64,000 nt of DNA. It comes from Octopus sinensis. Taxonomy: Eukaryota. Shown here in pieces: positions 41,873 through 54,769 of this stretch (its first letter is position 1; each line of letters starts with the position of its first letter). The stretch is from assembly GCF_006345805.1 (NCBI RefSeq), contig NW_021835987.1, positions 1-64,000 on the forward strand, given 5' to 3'. A program made the position numbers and the translations under genes. Under the pieces are notes generated by a model. That model was not told where the DNA came from. It saw only the letters and a program-made list of their open reading frames with translations, and searched no databases.

Positions 41873-41988
<116 letters not shown>

Positions 41989-42019
41989 GTGTATATATAT
42001 TTATGTTTATAGATACGGG

Positions 42020-42071
<52 letters not shown>

Positions 42072-42081
42072 TATATATATG

Positions 42082-42181
<100 letters not shown>

Positions 42182-43435
42182 TATATCTAATTCCATTTGC
42201 GATTGTAGAATCAAAGATTATTGTTTATTTGGAATTTTTTATAATCGACAAGAAGTATTTTATTGAACTAAAGTTATTTCTGAGGTTAATGATTACTTTG
42301 ATATTGTTTCTTCAGCTAATTATATTTAGAAACGGGTATCGAATCATTACCATTTCTTTCAGAACTGAAATAGGGCTACTTCTACTAGTCTTAGTAACTT
42401 CATCTGGAATCTTAAGATAATAATAAAACGTTCTTTATTAAATGGAGCATTTTAGGGACAGCCCTGGCTTATAGGATTGATAATGCTTATACACGTGTGT
42501 ACATGCACTCATACATAGACACATACATAATCACACAGACATACATACACATAACTATAGAATCAAAATGACAAAGGCCAACTCAGATATCTCCCCCTAA
42601 ATCACCCTCTTTCCAAAACTTAAGAAGACAAATTCACTCCAGGTTCTTTTCAACTCACTTCTTTGTAAAAGTTATGAACTTCCGATAAGAAATCATTCAT
42701 GATGAATCCCTGCAAGAGACGAAAGCTCTAAATAAATAGATTTTTATTCAAATCCTGCCCTGACTACCATTTCTTATTAACATATGAAATCTGTACACCA
42801 CTTCAAAATTTTACACACACTCATCTTTACTACATCAATCATCAGCATCACAACAAACACAACAACACCACCGCCACAACCAACAACAATATCGAACACT
42901 TCCCATTGAATGTGCATTTGGGTATCCAGCGTGTTCAGTGAAGTGTGACTGTCCATTTTCCTGTGAGACATCGAGTTTAGTTCTCTTAAGGTGAAGGCAT
43001 GATTTCATTAATGTGCTTTGTTGATCATTATACAGTTATTGATCATTATACAATTATTGATCTTTATATAGAGTTGTGATATCTGCAGATACTGGTGACA
43101 GTAGCGAGCAGTGCTGCTATCAGTGAACAGTTCGAAAACCTTCGCTCCGGTTTCACTTCTAGAGACAGTGCTAACATTGTGATTTGTAGGGGTCCTGACT
43201 TGACATCTACGGACAGTGGTGACATCTGTGGTAATTCTGAAAGCGGCATTTGTAGATATCCATGATATTTTGTGACATTATATTCATAAGTGGACAGTCA
43301 TCCGAGGAAAGGACATTACTGGACGGTCATAGTGGACAGACCTGACAACGTCTTTCGTTTCCCTCGAATAGCATAATCATTGCATCTACCCACAACAATG
43401 GTAAGATTACGTTTGTGCGTGCGTATTTGTTAGTT

Positions 43436-43471
<36 letters not shown>

Positions 43472-44764
43472 TGTCTGTGTGCATGCGTGTGTGTGTGCAC
43501 GTGCTTGTGTGTGTGTGAGTCTGTGTGCATGTGTGTATGCATGTGCATACGCGCGTGAGTGTATTAGATTTAAGCTTATAGGACGTGGTGTGGCGGTTAT
43601 CGTTTCCAGTTCACTCACGGTCAAAAGATTGTGACTTCTGAATCGAGTGGTGCATTGAGCCCTTCGGCAAGATACTTCATTTTGACTCCACTCTATTGAA
43701 AATAAATACAAGTGACAGCTGGAGAAGGGTCCACTATAACCCTTGGCAACCTGAATAAGCTTCGGCCTGGAGGCTTGAGTCAGACTTTATGATGTGTTTG
43801 TCTGGAGAAGGGAGCGACGATATTTCTTGCTGTTTAACACTTGGTCAGTAACGATTAAGCAGATCTATGATCAAAGCCGTTTCGACCGTGGCCATCGCAC
43901 AATATACTCAAAAATACGCTTGTTATGAATGTATTATCATGTTGTTATTTTTGTTTGTGTGTTTGTTTGTTTGTTTGTTGTTAGCGACATCATTATGCGC
44001 CAGGTCTGATCAAACGGTTCTTCAGTCAAAGATATTCCAGCCATGACCATCCCATTTTTTTATTCAGATATTCTCTATTAGCTTTTTCTCCCTTTCATTT
44101 CCCCTTAGAAATGTATCTCTTGCACTTCATCTCTTCCTTTATCTCGTCCCTTCTCTGTATTACTATCTATTTCTAGCTGTCTCGTACGTTGTCTCTTCCC
44201 TTCTCTATATTTTACGCTCTCCTCTACTTCTCTCTATGTTTCTCACTCTCCCTGATGACTCTCACTCTCTTTTATATGTTAATCTTTCTTTTTATATCCC
44301 CCCTTGTCCCTTTCTCTGTCTCCTTATACCAGAATCGTTAGCATGCCGGGCGAAATGCTTAGTGGTATTTCGTCTGTCTTTACGTTCTGAGTTAAACTTT
44401 TGCAGAGGTCAACTTTGCCTTTCATCCTTTCGGGGTCGATAAATTAAGTACCAGTTTCATACTGGGATTCGATCTAATTGACTGGCCCACTCCCACCAAA
44501 TTTCAGTCCTTGTGCTTACAGTGGAAAGGATTATTATTATTATTATTATTATTATCATTATTATTAATTCAGCCGATGTAATTTCTTTTCCATATAAATC
44601 GAATCTCGTCTGCGTGTGTGTAGATCATGGTGTCCGTATGCGCGTAGATACGTGTGCGTAGAGAAGAGAAACTGTGTACAGTTTTGGAAATTAGCTGCCC
44701 AGCGGATGTTAACATAAAACTGAAGGTCAGTTGAAAAGAGAATACCTATGCTGAATAATTGAGA

Positions 44765-46850
44765 AAAGTGTAGTTACTCAATCAATGGCTCTCTGGGAAG
44801 GCATTCAAACAGAAGTTAGGGATTCTATCCTTTCCTGGAGACTTCCATTTATTTCTCCTCCTGAGAGCAATCTTATATCTTCTACCTTGACACCCTCCCA
44901 CTTTTGCTCCTTTTGGCTGTCTGAGTCTCTAGATATTCAATCAATCGAAGGGGTCTTTTCATTGTGTGTTTTTTCTTCTGCCCAAATTTTATTCCAAAGT
45001 GTAGTTACTCAATCAATGGCTCTCTGGGAAGGCATTCAAACAGAAGTTAGGGATTCTATCCTTTCCTGGAGACTTCCATTTACTTCTCCTCCTGAGAGCA
45101 GATCTTATATCTTCTGCCTTGACATTTTCCCACTTTTGCTCCTTTTGGCTGTCTGAGTCTCTAGATATTCTATCAATCGAAGGGGTCTTTTCATTGTGTG
45201 TTTTTTCTTCTGCCCAAATTTTATTCCCAAATTCCTGCACTTCTTCTTTCGATGGGACAGACTTTACTGTAACTGGTATCTTCCCTATCTTCCTATAAAA
45301 CATTTTTGGTTTTTTTCTGAACATGTTGTTGTCCTTGAACAATCTAACGCGCCTTTCAGACCTTGCTATGCGGGCAGCTTTAGCACATAACTTTTGCTTG
45401 ATAGTTTCTATGGTGGTATCATTGTCAAATATGGTTTTCATATATTTTTTTTTTAATTTTCGAAGTTTTGTAGGTTTGATAGTCTTGTTAGACTTAAGGT
45501 TCTTGAAACATTCTACGTCAGATATAAGTAGCTTAATTTGGTGTTGAATACGCTCTTGCCAAGAAGGCTTTCTGTGGGAATGTTGTCCTTTTCTAATCTT
45601 TTCACCTTAAGTTCAAGGCGAATTTTACCAATTATTTTAAGGTTTTGGTTAGAATTGCGATTTTGTGTGAGAGTATCACGTTCATTCGTACTGATTTCTT
45701 TAATTTTCAGCCGTTCAAGCAGGATTTGATTTTTTAATTCATGTAGTTCTGTTGGGTCAATTACCCAATTACCCTGTGACTTTCCTCAGCTATTTGATTT
45801 TCATCTGCCTTAGTGTTTATGGTGGGTTCAGAGAGTATTTCATTTTGTTTGTTAGTTACATTAACTCTTTCATTCATTACTGCATTTTCATCAGCCCTAA
45901 GCTGGTCCATAATTATTTCCTCTGTGGTATCTTCTTTAGCTGCAACTTCGTTCCTGAACGTTACTGCTTGTTTAATTTGGTCAATCTCTACTTCAGTTAG
46001 AAATTGTTTTCAGAATGTTTCCTCTGGTGTTGGCAAGTTTGTTACTGTCTATGTAGGGTCTTACTTCAAGGTGTTTCCATCTCCAGTTTCAGTAGGTTTG
46101 TACAGTATTAGATTTATTTGTGGGGAAATATATGGCGTGGGACTTCTTTATTATTTTCCCTAGAACATTTTTCATTCTTTTTCATTTTGTTGTTTGATGA
46201 CGATCATGGATGGCCATCTGTTGGAATATTCCGATGGCGGGCTACTTCCACCTCCTGTGGGTCGGGAAGATTTGAACCAGTAGCTGAAGACCGTATCGAG
46301 ACTGCTGCTATAAAGAGGAAACTACAACACACAGGAATTCAGGATTTCATCTCCTTCGAAGTATTTCTCATCTGAAGCAACACAATTTATGAAGCATCGT
46401 TTCAGTCATCAGGAACATCCCTGGAACTCATTTCTGAGGATAGCGAGCATCTACCTCGTCGCATTCTCTAGGATTTTTTCGACATCTTCAAATCTTTTGG
46501 GCCTTCCACTACGAAGACCTTGGTTCCGGTGTCATAGCAACAGGCACAAGATTTTCACCTGTAATGACGTTTTTCAAACAGTCTTCGACTACCAAGACAC
46601 AATCAAAGAGATTCTGCACCACCGACAACCTACTTAATCTTCAGACAACCACACTCAATACACTTTACTTCTAAACACTGCTATCAACAACGGAAGTGAG
46701 TGACAACTTTGTAACAATCGTGTGTAGTCGCCATATTTCATTCTGTAACTGCCACATCTGAAGTGTGCAGTGTTACATAATAGATCGGACTCTTACCTAA
46801 CATTCCATTGAACCCTTACTGACAAAACGATGGGTTAGATCGGCTGTAAT
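44765..46850 (-). mobile_element. Degenerate 5' part of an R4/Dong-like LINE with a ~232-bp tandem duplication at its broken end
   Basis: IKQKLCAKAARIARSERR..MFYRKIGK..EEVQEFGNKIW..WKSPGKDRIPNF resembles 55661-56260. Upstream SRENNKEV...[13 protein letters not shown]. 44767-44999 is repeated at about 44999-45230. Confidence 0.78.
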
Positions 46851-46906
46851 GTATGTATAAAACGGTGCATATTATATATATTACATATATTATATATTAT
46901 ATATAT

Positions 46907-46954
<48 letters not shown>

Positions 46955-46986
46955 CATATATTAAATATATTATATATTATATGTAT

Positions 46987-47059
<73 letters not shown>

Positions 47060-47084
47060 GTTATATATTATATATTATATGTAT

Positions 47085-47122
<38 letters not shown>

Positions 47123-47161
47123 CATATATTATATATGTTATATATTATATATTATATGTAT

Positions 47162-47207
<46 letters not shown>

Positions 47208-47532
47208 ATATTGTTTGTGTCATAAGGCTACCTTTTGTTCAATATTTAGAATATATCGCAATATCTTACACATTTTCAAACCGATCACGTGTTATCTGTC
47301 TCCATTTTGGTTTAAAACACAAAATGGAGACGAACGCTATTCCTTCATTTGATCCCCTTGAAAAATTGTTGAGGTATTAAGCTATTTTCTTCACATGAAA
47401 CGATAAATAGACTTAATACAAATATAGAATATTTATTCACAAATGCGATGTTGACCACTCACTCTAATTGTTTGGCATTTCCGCCAATTTGTATATATAC
47501 ACACATAAACTCGCTCGTACACACACACACAT

Positions 47533-47570
<38 letters not shown>

Positions 47571-47877
47571 GTGGTCAGACGTGGCATGGAACAATAACAA
47601 CAACGGCTGGAAAAAGAGAGAGAAAATCAAAACTTCAAAGACCGATGTTGGATATATTATTTATATGGATTCTTTATTAACAGATAATACATGGCGTGTG
47701 TGCATCACTAGTGGTGGTCAACTAGATTGGGTGAATGTGAACAACAACAAGAGCTGGAAAGAGAGAAAGAGAATCGCAACTTCAAAGTGATAATACTTGA
47801 CGTGTGTGCATCACTAGTGGTGGTCAGCTAGATTGGGTGAACGTGAACAACAAGAACAAGAATAGTGTCAATGGATA

Positions 47878-47945
47878 TCATGGGCCGGGATATTCCTGCT
47901 GCCTCAGGCGGATGAATATGGCCATGGAGTCGGCTAATGCAAAAC
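47878..47945 (-). CDS. Gene C exon 5 (terminal, extended by stop loss)
   Basis: ttacttgcag acceptor; (G)FALADSMAIFIRLRQQEYPGP then TGA. Confidence 0.8.
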
Positions 47946-48178
47946 CTGCAAGTAACAATAACAACATCAATAACCAAAGGAAATGAAATAAATCGTGGAA
48001 AGTCTTCTTACGCGGTCGCTCGTATTAATAGAAATGGCAGCCAAATCTCCACAAAGTGTAATGGGAAGCGTACGGGTGGGTCACGGTCAGAACGCTTTAG
48101 ATCATAAATTAGTTGAATCAAGGCTGATTGGCTGCTGAACAATAAGTACAAAAATAACTTCTGCAATTACTACTCACA

Positions 48179-48254
<76 letters not shown>

Positions 48255-48297
48255 CAGAGAGACATACACAAACACACAAAATGAAAACATCACTTAC

Positions 48298-48455
48298 CGT
48301 CGTTCCAGATAACACTCGAGGTTGCATCGGAATAAAGAATAGCAGGATAACGAGCCAGTTTCTCATATTCACAGCGTCCCTCAGATTCAATTATTTGTAG
48401 CCAGCCTCTATCCACCGTACAGTTACTCGCATGCGATATATAGAAGTTACGTCCG
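48298..48455 (-). CDS. Gene C exon 4 (intact)
   Basis: ccaactctgcag acceptor; GRNFYISHASNCTVDRGWLQIIESEGRCEYEKLARYPAILYSDATSSVIWND; G|gtaagt donor; 158 nt. Confidence 0.8.
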
Positions 48456-49032
48456 CTGCAGAGTTGGAAAAATACTTGTTTGGGTTTCAGAATGAGAAAA
48501 TATAAGCATTTAATAAATATACAATTATGTTCCATGCACACATTTGAATCAGTCTGTATTTTATTAAAATAGCCATTTGTGTATCATATTTAAAGTATAA
48601 ACACACTGTGTATATACTAGTTACGTTGGTAGTATATTCCCTGAGATAACATCTCCTATGGATTTGCTGTGTTTCAAACACTATAAATATCGATGACACG
48701 AAAATTCGTTCCAGCAGCGGACAATGAGTGGAAAAGACGCTATCACAGGACAAATATTGCTGTAACTGGCCTATCGGGAGTGTGTCTACATTAGGTATGA
48801 TATATAGATGTCTATACCAATCTGTTAGAATCTGCATTGACAGCTCCAACAGCCGTCTATAGAATCCTTTGTTCAGACTGAAGTTATACTCACAACAAGA
48901 TCAAGAAAATATCGTGAATAAATATATAGAGTTACAAAACAGATTTGTATTAGTAGCATAAGAAAAGTGCTTTTAGCTGAATACGACAATACGTCTCTAC
49001 CTAGTGAAAGAGAAAAAATATTTATAACGTAC

Positions 49033-49196
49033 TAAATTCCTGAAAGTCCGAAACCCTTTGGGATGGTTGGATTTAGGTCATTCCATGGGGAACTTTTCAA
49101 GCGTGTATCATAGAACCAGTAATAAAAATCCGTATTTCTTCCATCAAAAATTAAAGTCACCACAGCAGTTTGGTTTTTATAAATAACCAGTTTCAC
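49033..49196 (-). CDS. Gene C exon 3 (intact)
   Basis: ttttcag acceptor; VKLVIYKNQTAVVTLIFDGRNTDFYYWFYDTRLKSSPWNDLNPTIPKGFGLSGI; TA|gtacgt donor; 164 nt. Confidence 0.8.
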
Positions 49197-50332
49197 CTGA
49201 AAAATAAGAGTAAACATATTACAGAGACAAATACACACATACACACACACATAAATAGATCAAGTTTACATTAATCGAGGTAATTTAACAGCTATTTCAT
49301 TAGATGCGACCCTAAAGTCTACTCCAGAAGGAATTAATACTAATGGTATTTTAAATATATATATATATATGTATAAAATGTGCCCTTTTAAAGCCTAGCC
49401 AGGCATATGGACCCGGTTTCCTGGTTTCAATGGCGTATGGACGCCAGTCCATCGCAGCGTTACTCATTTTCGTCAGCTGAGTGAACTGGAGCAACGTGAA
49501 ATGAAGTGTGTTGCTCGAGAACTCAACACCTCGCCCGGTCCAGGAATCGAAACCACAATCTCATGATCATGATGCTGACATACTAACCACTAAGCCATGC
49601 GCCTCCACACAAACACACACACACTCACACACACACACACACACACACATATGTTCATGGCAGCTAAAAAGCCTCTGAGAGTTTTCAATTGTTGATAATT
49701 CTCTTATCTTTTGATATTGCAGACTTGTGTGCTTCTTGGGTTGTGTGTTGTAATAAAGGGTAGCTTATTGTACGTATCTGGAGCATTTTCCCTTTTTCGT
49801 AGTTCTTCGATATTTATTGCTTTGGCACATTCTATTCTGTTGTCTGTTAGCATTAATTAATATTGACATTTAAGTATTAATTGATTATTTCTTAGAGTCT
49901 TTTAGAGAGAGTTTCAGGGTTTGAAACAATTGTGCAGATTCTTCTTGCAAGATTAAAGGGGATATTATTCTTCGTGTGTTTGGAATGGCACGAGAAGAAT
50001 AGTAAGTACTCTTTAGAGTATCTTCATTTGCAGTGAATATCTGTTTCAATGATTTTATCTCTGTTGATGTTTAGTATATCCAGGAATGGTAGTTGGGTTT
50101 TACTGTATTCCATGGTAAACTGAATATTGTTGTTTATGCTGTTGATTAGAATTTTGTTTTTGTTGGATTATTTCGTTGTCGAATTAGTCTTGAATTTTCC
50201 TTCTGAAAAAAAACTCAGCTAATTATTACAGTGGAAAAATTATAAGGACAGCCATTTCTATTCATATTTTTCAAATATATAATACAGTACCACCGATTTT
50301 CTATTTGCACCACTACTTCTACAACAACTACA

Positions 50333-50387
<55 letters not shown>

Positions 50388-52172
50388 TTGCACAGTCACA
50401 CACACACACGCACATACATACATACATATATATACATATATATATATATATATGTAGAGATTGAGAGAGAGAGAGACAAAAAGATAGAGAGAGAAAGATA
50501 GAGGTGCAAGCATGCATGTCTGGATAGTTATAAGCTAGATTTGTAACCAAGTGATTCTAGTTCAATCTCAGTGCGTGGCAACTTCTGTCATAGTTGTTGG
50601 TCAACCAATGCATTGTGGGTAAATTTGGGAGACATTTATTTGTATTTCCGTGTGTTTATAGCTTGTATTCATGTCTTTGCTTCTGTGTATATGTCTGCCT
50701 GTGTCACTTCTACTACTTGACAAAGGATGTTGTTGTGTTTCTGCACCAGTAACTTAGCGGTTCGGCAAAATACCTCGATAGATTACATACCACAGGATTT
50801 GCCCTATTAAAATCCTTCAAGGTGGTGTCATTACATGGCCACTGCCCAGTGACTGAAACAGGCAGACGATAAAGCTCTATGTACAATGAATATTTGTGTG
50901 TCGACGATTGCTGGATAAATCATTGTCTGTTAAATACTGTTGATTGAATCAATGAATCTATACTTTCCGAAAAACGTGTAACCTTCAGAGAAGCCATTGA
51001 AACGTTCAGATTAGTAGTTAGGTGTACAGGTCAAAACGCCAGACGACATGTCCTCTTAAATCCTTTACCTCCATATAGAGTATAGTGTGACAACAACAGA
51101 TCCCTATTTGTCTCAAAATATGGCGATGTATTTCAGTTGTCCCCAAGTGCAACCGTCAGCCAATTTTTCAGTCCCTCCTAAACTTATTCATATTGTTTTT
51201 GATCTTCACACTTGGGTCTCCCTTGGGATATCCATCAGACGGCTTACCTTGCAAAGAGGTTTGTGGCTAATCTCATTTAATGCTGTTGATCCGAGTTACA
51301 ATAGATTCCTGGTTCACCTCTTCCTTCAAGGTTTTGTTTGTTACTCAGTCTTGCCATCTCACAAGAAGAATGACAAACTAATTCAGTTTCGATTTCAAGT
51401 CTCACCGGGGTCCGCATGCTTAACTTTCTGCCGAGTCCAATAAAACTTTTACCAGTCATGTATCGTAAGTCATGGATCATAAGTTGATTTTATCGATTTT
51501 GTTTCCCATTTCCTAGTTACTCCCAGAAAGGAGAGCCTTTTGTCTATGATAAATATTCTTACTACCGTGGTTGTCGCGGATACATTTCATCACAACACAG
51601 TTTCTTGTGTCTGATCTATAATTAGTAGTCACCGGAAAGTGAAACCACGAGATTTCGATCTTGAGCTGAATATCCTGTGTGTATGTGTGAGTGCTGGTGT
51701 TTGTATATGTGTATGCTTGTACTAAAACACTCAATATTTAAGCAGTGAATGAACTCTAAATTATCAAAATGAAGACCGCTTTTGTAAACTTATGAACACC
51801 TTTGCACATGAACACTAGTCAATATCTATTAATTTTCTATGAGGAAGATGACTTTCAAAAGTCATTCCAGGATTGTCCCGCTTGGAATCTGATGCTGACA
51901 ATCGTAAAAGTGCTTGGAATGCATACATCGGTCCATGGGAGCTCTTTGAAACGTTTGTAGGTGTGTTAACAACTGTTGCCTAAGGCAAGAATTTTCTCCA
52001 CGGTAAATCGCAGTGAAAACCGCCGTTTTTACGGGTAAAATATGTCTGAAATATATGTGAAGTGATCCAAAAAATAGTTTATCTTTATGGTTATTATTAT
52101 GATAATGTGTGTGTGAAGGAATCGTTTTTGGTGTGAGTGAGTTTGTTTGTGTGTGTATGTGAGTGTGTGTAT

Positions 52173-52217
<45 letters not shown>

Positions 52218-52242
52218 TGTATGTGTGTGCGTGCTTACATAC

Positions 52243-52421
52243 CTCATCAATTGGTAGATGCGCCCAGAAATCAAGAATAGGATGTCGGAAAAAGTTCGGA
52301 CAGAAGGAACCATTGCATTTGTCTACATTCCAGGTTGAAGGGCTACCCCAATTCCAATATGAAAGCAAGACTTTTGAACCAGCTCCCATAGATATGGCAT
52401 ATATTTTAATCCATCGGCTAT
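52243..52421 (-). CDS. Gene C exon 2 (intact)
   Basis: tatttcag acceptor; SRWIKIYAISMGAGSKVLLSYWNWGSPSTWNVDKCNGSFCPNFFRHPILDFWAHLPIDE; gtatgt donor; 179 nt. Confidence 0.8.
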
Positions 52422-52477
52422 CTGAAATAATAACAATAACAACAACAACAACAACAACAATAATAATAATAATAATG

Positions 52478-52507
<30 letters not shown>

Positions 52508-52510
<3 letters not shown>

Positions 52511-53448
52511 GCAGATGTTGGCAAAGCCCTGACCCATCAATGGCTAATGGCCTCTGGCTTAAAATCTGAAACAGAGGGGTTTATCATAGCAGCTCAAAAT
52601 CAATGCCTACCAACAAGAAGCTACCAGGCCAACATATTAAATATCAGAAGCAGCCCAACGTGTCGTGTATGCCAGCAACAAAATGAAACCATTGACCATG
52701 TGGTCTCCAAGTGCAGTCTTCTAGCGCCTACAGAGTATCTCAACAGACACGATAGAGCTGCACAATATATTCACTGGGTAATCTGCAAAAACCTGGATTT
52801 GCCCCATGAAAAAAACTGGTGGGAACACAAACCACCCCCAGTGCTTGAAAATGACCATATCTCACTCCTCTGGAACTTCACCATTCAAACTGACAGAAAG
52901 ATAGATGCAAATAGGCCAGACATCATATTGAAAGACTTCAAACAAAGAACATGCCTCCTCATTGATATGACTGTCCCAATCGATATAAACGTATCTGTCA
53001 GGACCTACCAAAAACTGAGCAAATATAAAGATCTTGAAATAGAAATCAGCAAAATGTGGAACCTGAAGACTAAAACAATACCTGTTGTCATGGGTGCCCT
53101 GGGAATGATAGCAAAAGGGGCTGATAGCTGCCTAACTCAGATACCAGGAAACCCAAAAATGGCAGAAGTTCAAAAGATAGTGCTCATGGGAACTGCTCAT
53201 ATCCTACGCTAAATACTCTCTATGTAATCTCAAGGTTTAAAACAAACATAATTTTCGGTTTAAAAAAACAAAAAAAAACAAAAAAAAAACCTTTTTTTTT
53301 AGACATTCATTAGTACAACATTCCCACCCCACAAATATATGGCCCACTAGGCATAACAACAACATGAACTTCCAACCTGTTGTCTCTTGAGGTCTCTGGG
53401 TGAGACTTGGAGCCAACTTGTACAAATATAAAGCAAAAGTCAAACATG

Positions 53449-53452
<4 letters not shown>
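52508..53452 (+). mobile_element. 5'-truncated R4/Dong-like LINE (RLE domain plus 3' UTR) inside an (AAT)n tract
   Basis: THQWLMASGLKSETEGFIIAAQ, CRVC..ETIDHVVSKC, RPDIILKD, QKIVLMGTAHILR. (AAT)n on both sides. Confidence 0.88.
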
Positions 53453-53511
<59 letters not shown>

Positions 53512-54290
53512 GATAGGAGCGCCAGCCTTGACAGCGGCTGGACATATTCCTCACTGCTCTGACAATTTAGTAGCCGAAAGCCATAGAAACACTAATATGA
53601 CCCAGTTTAGCAACGGGGAAAAATAACTCTCAAAGACTGGAACATCTACAATACCTCGTGAGTATTTAAAATTCTCTTCAAAATAAGTTAAGACATTTAC
53701 AAATTTACATATCTACAGTTTTCAAACATACATCCGATCAGCTTTAAAAACTTTAATACCCACAACTGCCTCTGTAAACACCCTTTTTTTTCTTCTCTCT
53801 AAAAACATCACGCTTTTCTTTTTGTGGACTTACAAAACCCTAAAACTTTCTATGAAAATCTGACTTTTCTTTCCTTCCTCCCTGAATATTCAAATATAAA
53901 TGTAAACATATACTTTTTATTGCAAAAACACACCTGTTCTTCTAACTGGACATACAAACATCTCTAGAAAAGTCAACTTCAACCTCCACAATATTACCTT
54001 ACACGAAATATACAAACACTTTTTATTGCAATAACACAAACGATGCTAATAATGATGCTAAGATTCTCTCTGGTCGAACACAACTTCTCTATTCACAAAC
54101 AATACAGAACAGCTCTTCCTTAATTTTTCTTAAGGCTAATAGTAGTAAACATTTGAACTTTTTTTGACCGATAGGACCCCACCTAAAACAAAAAAATATA
54201 TCACTGATGGTGATGGTGATGATGGTGATGATAATGATAATGATAGTAATAGTGCTGATAATCTATCTATCTATCTACACACACACACAC

Positions 54291-54331
<41 letters not shown>

Positions 54332-54769
54332 AAAGAGTTCAACCAGCACAAACCTCACCTCGGCTCTATTGTTAATCAAATATGAAAATATTATTTGATA
54401 AGCAAGAACTCTGGCGTTGAAGACAGTCAGCCAGCCAAGCACCAAGCCAGCCAACGAGACAGACAGACACTACTGTGATGGTGATAATGATAAAAAAACA
54501 AAAATAACAATAATAAGATACTGCTGTGACTACACATAAAACAATATCATTGATGATGATGATGATGATGGTGATGGTGATGATGATGATGATGATGATG
54601 ATGGTAATGGTGGTGATAGTGATGATAGTGATAATAATGGTGATGATAATAACAATAATAAGCCGACTACGGCTGCTATAATGGTACGATTATAATTGTA
54701 ACGGCAATGATTGCCGTCTCCCCACGAGCCAATCAAAGCTCAAAAATGATAACATTATCGTAGCACCAA

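Noticed and set aside
42780-43380. Complex sequence with short ORFs
   Set aside because: No recognisable motif, splice pattern or paralog in the window.
48487-48849. 120-aa ORF in intron 3 of gene C as an extra exon or nested gene
   Set aside because: Frameshifted in the B paralog; it looks like a decayed Penelope-type remnant at best.
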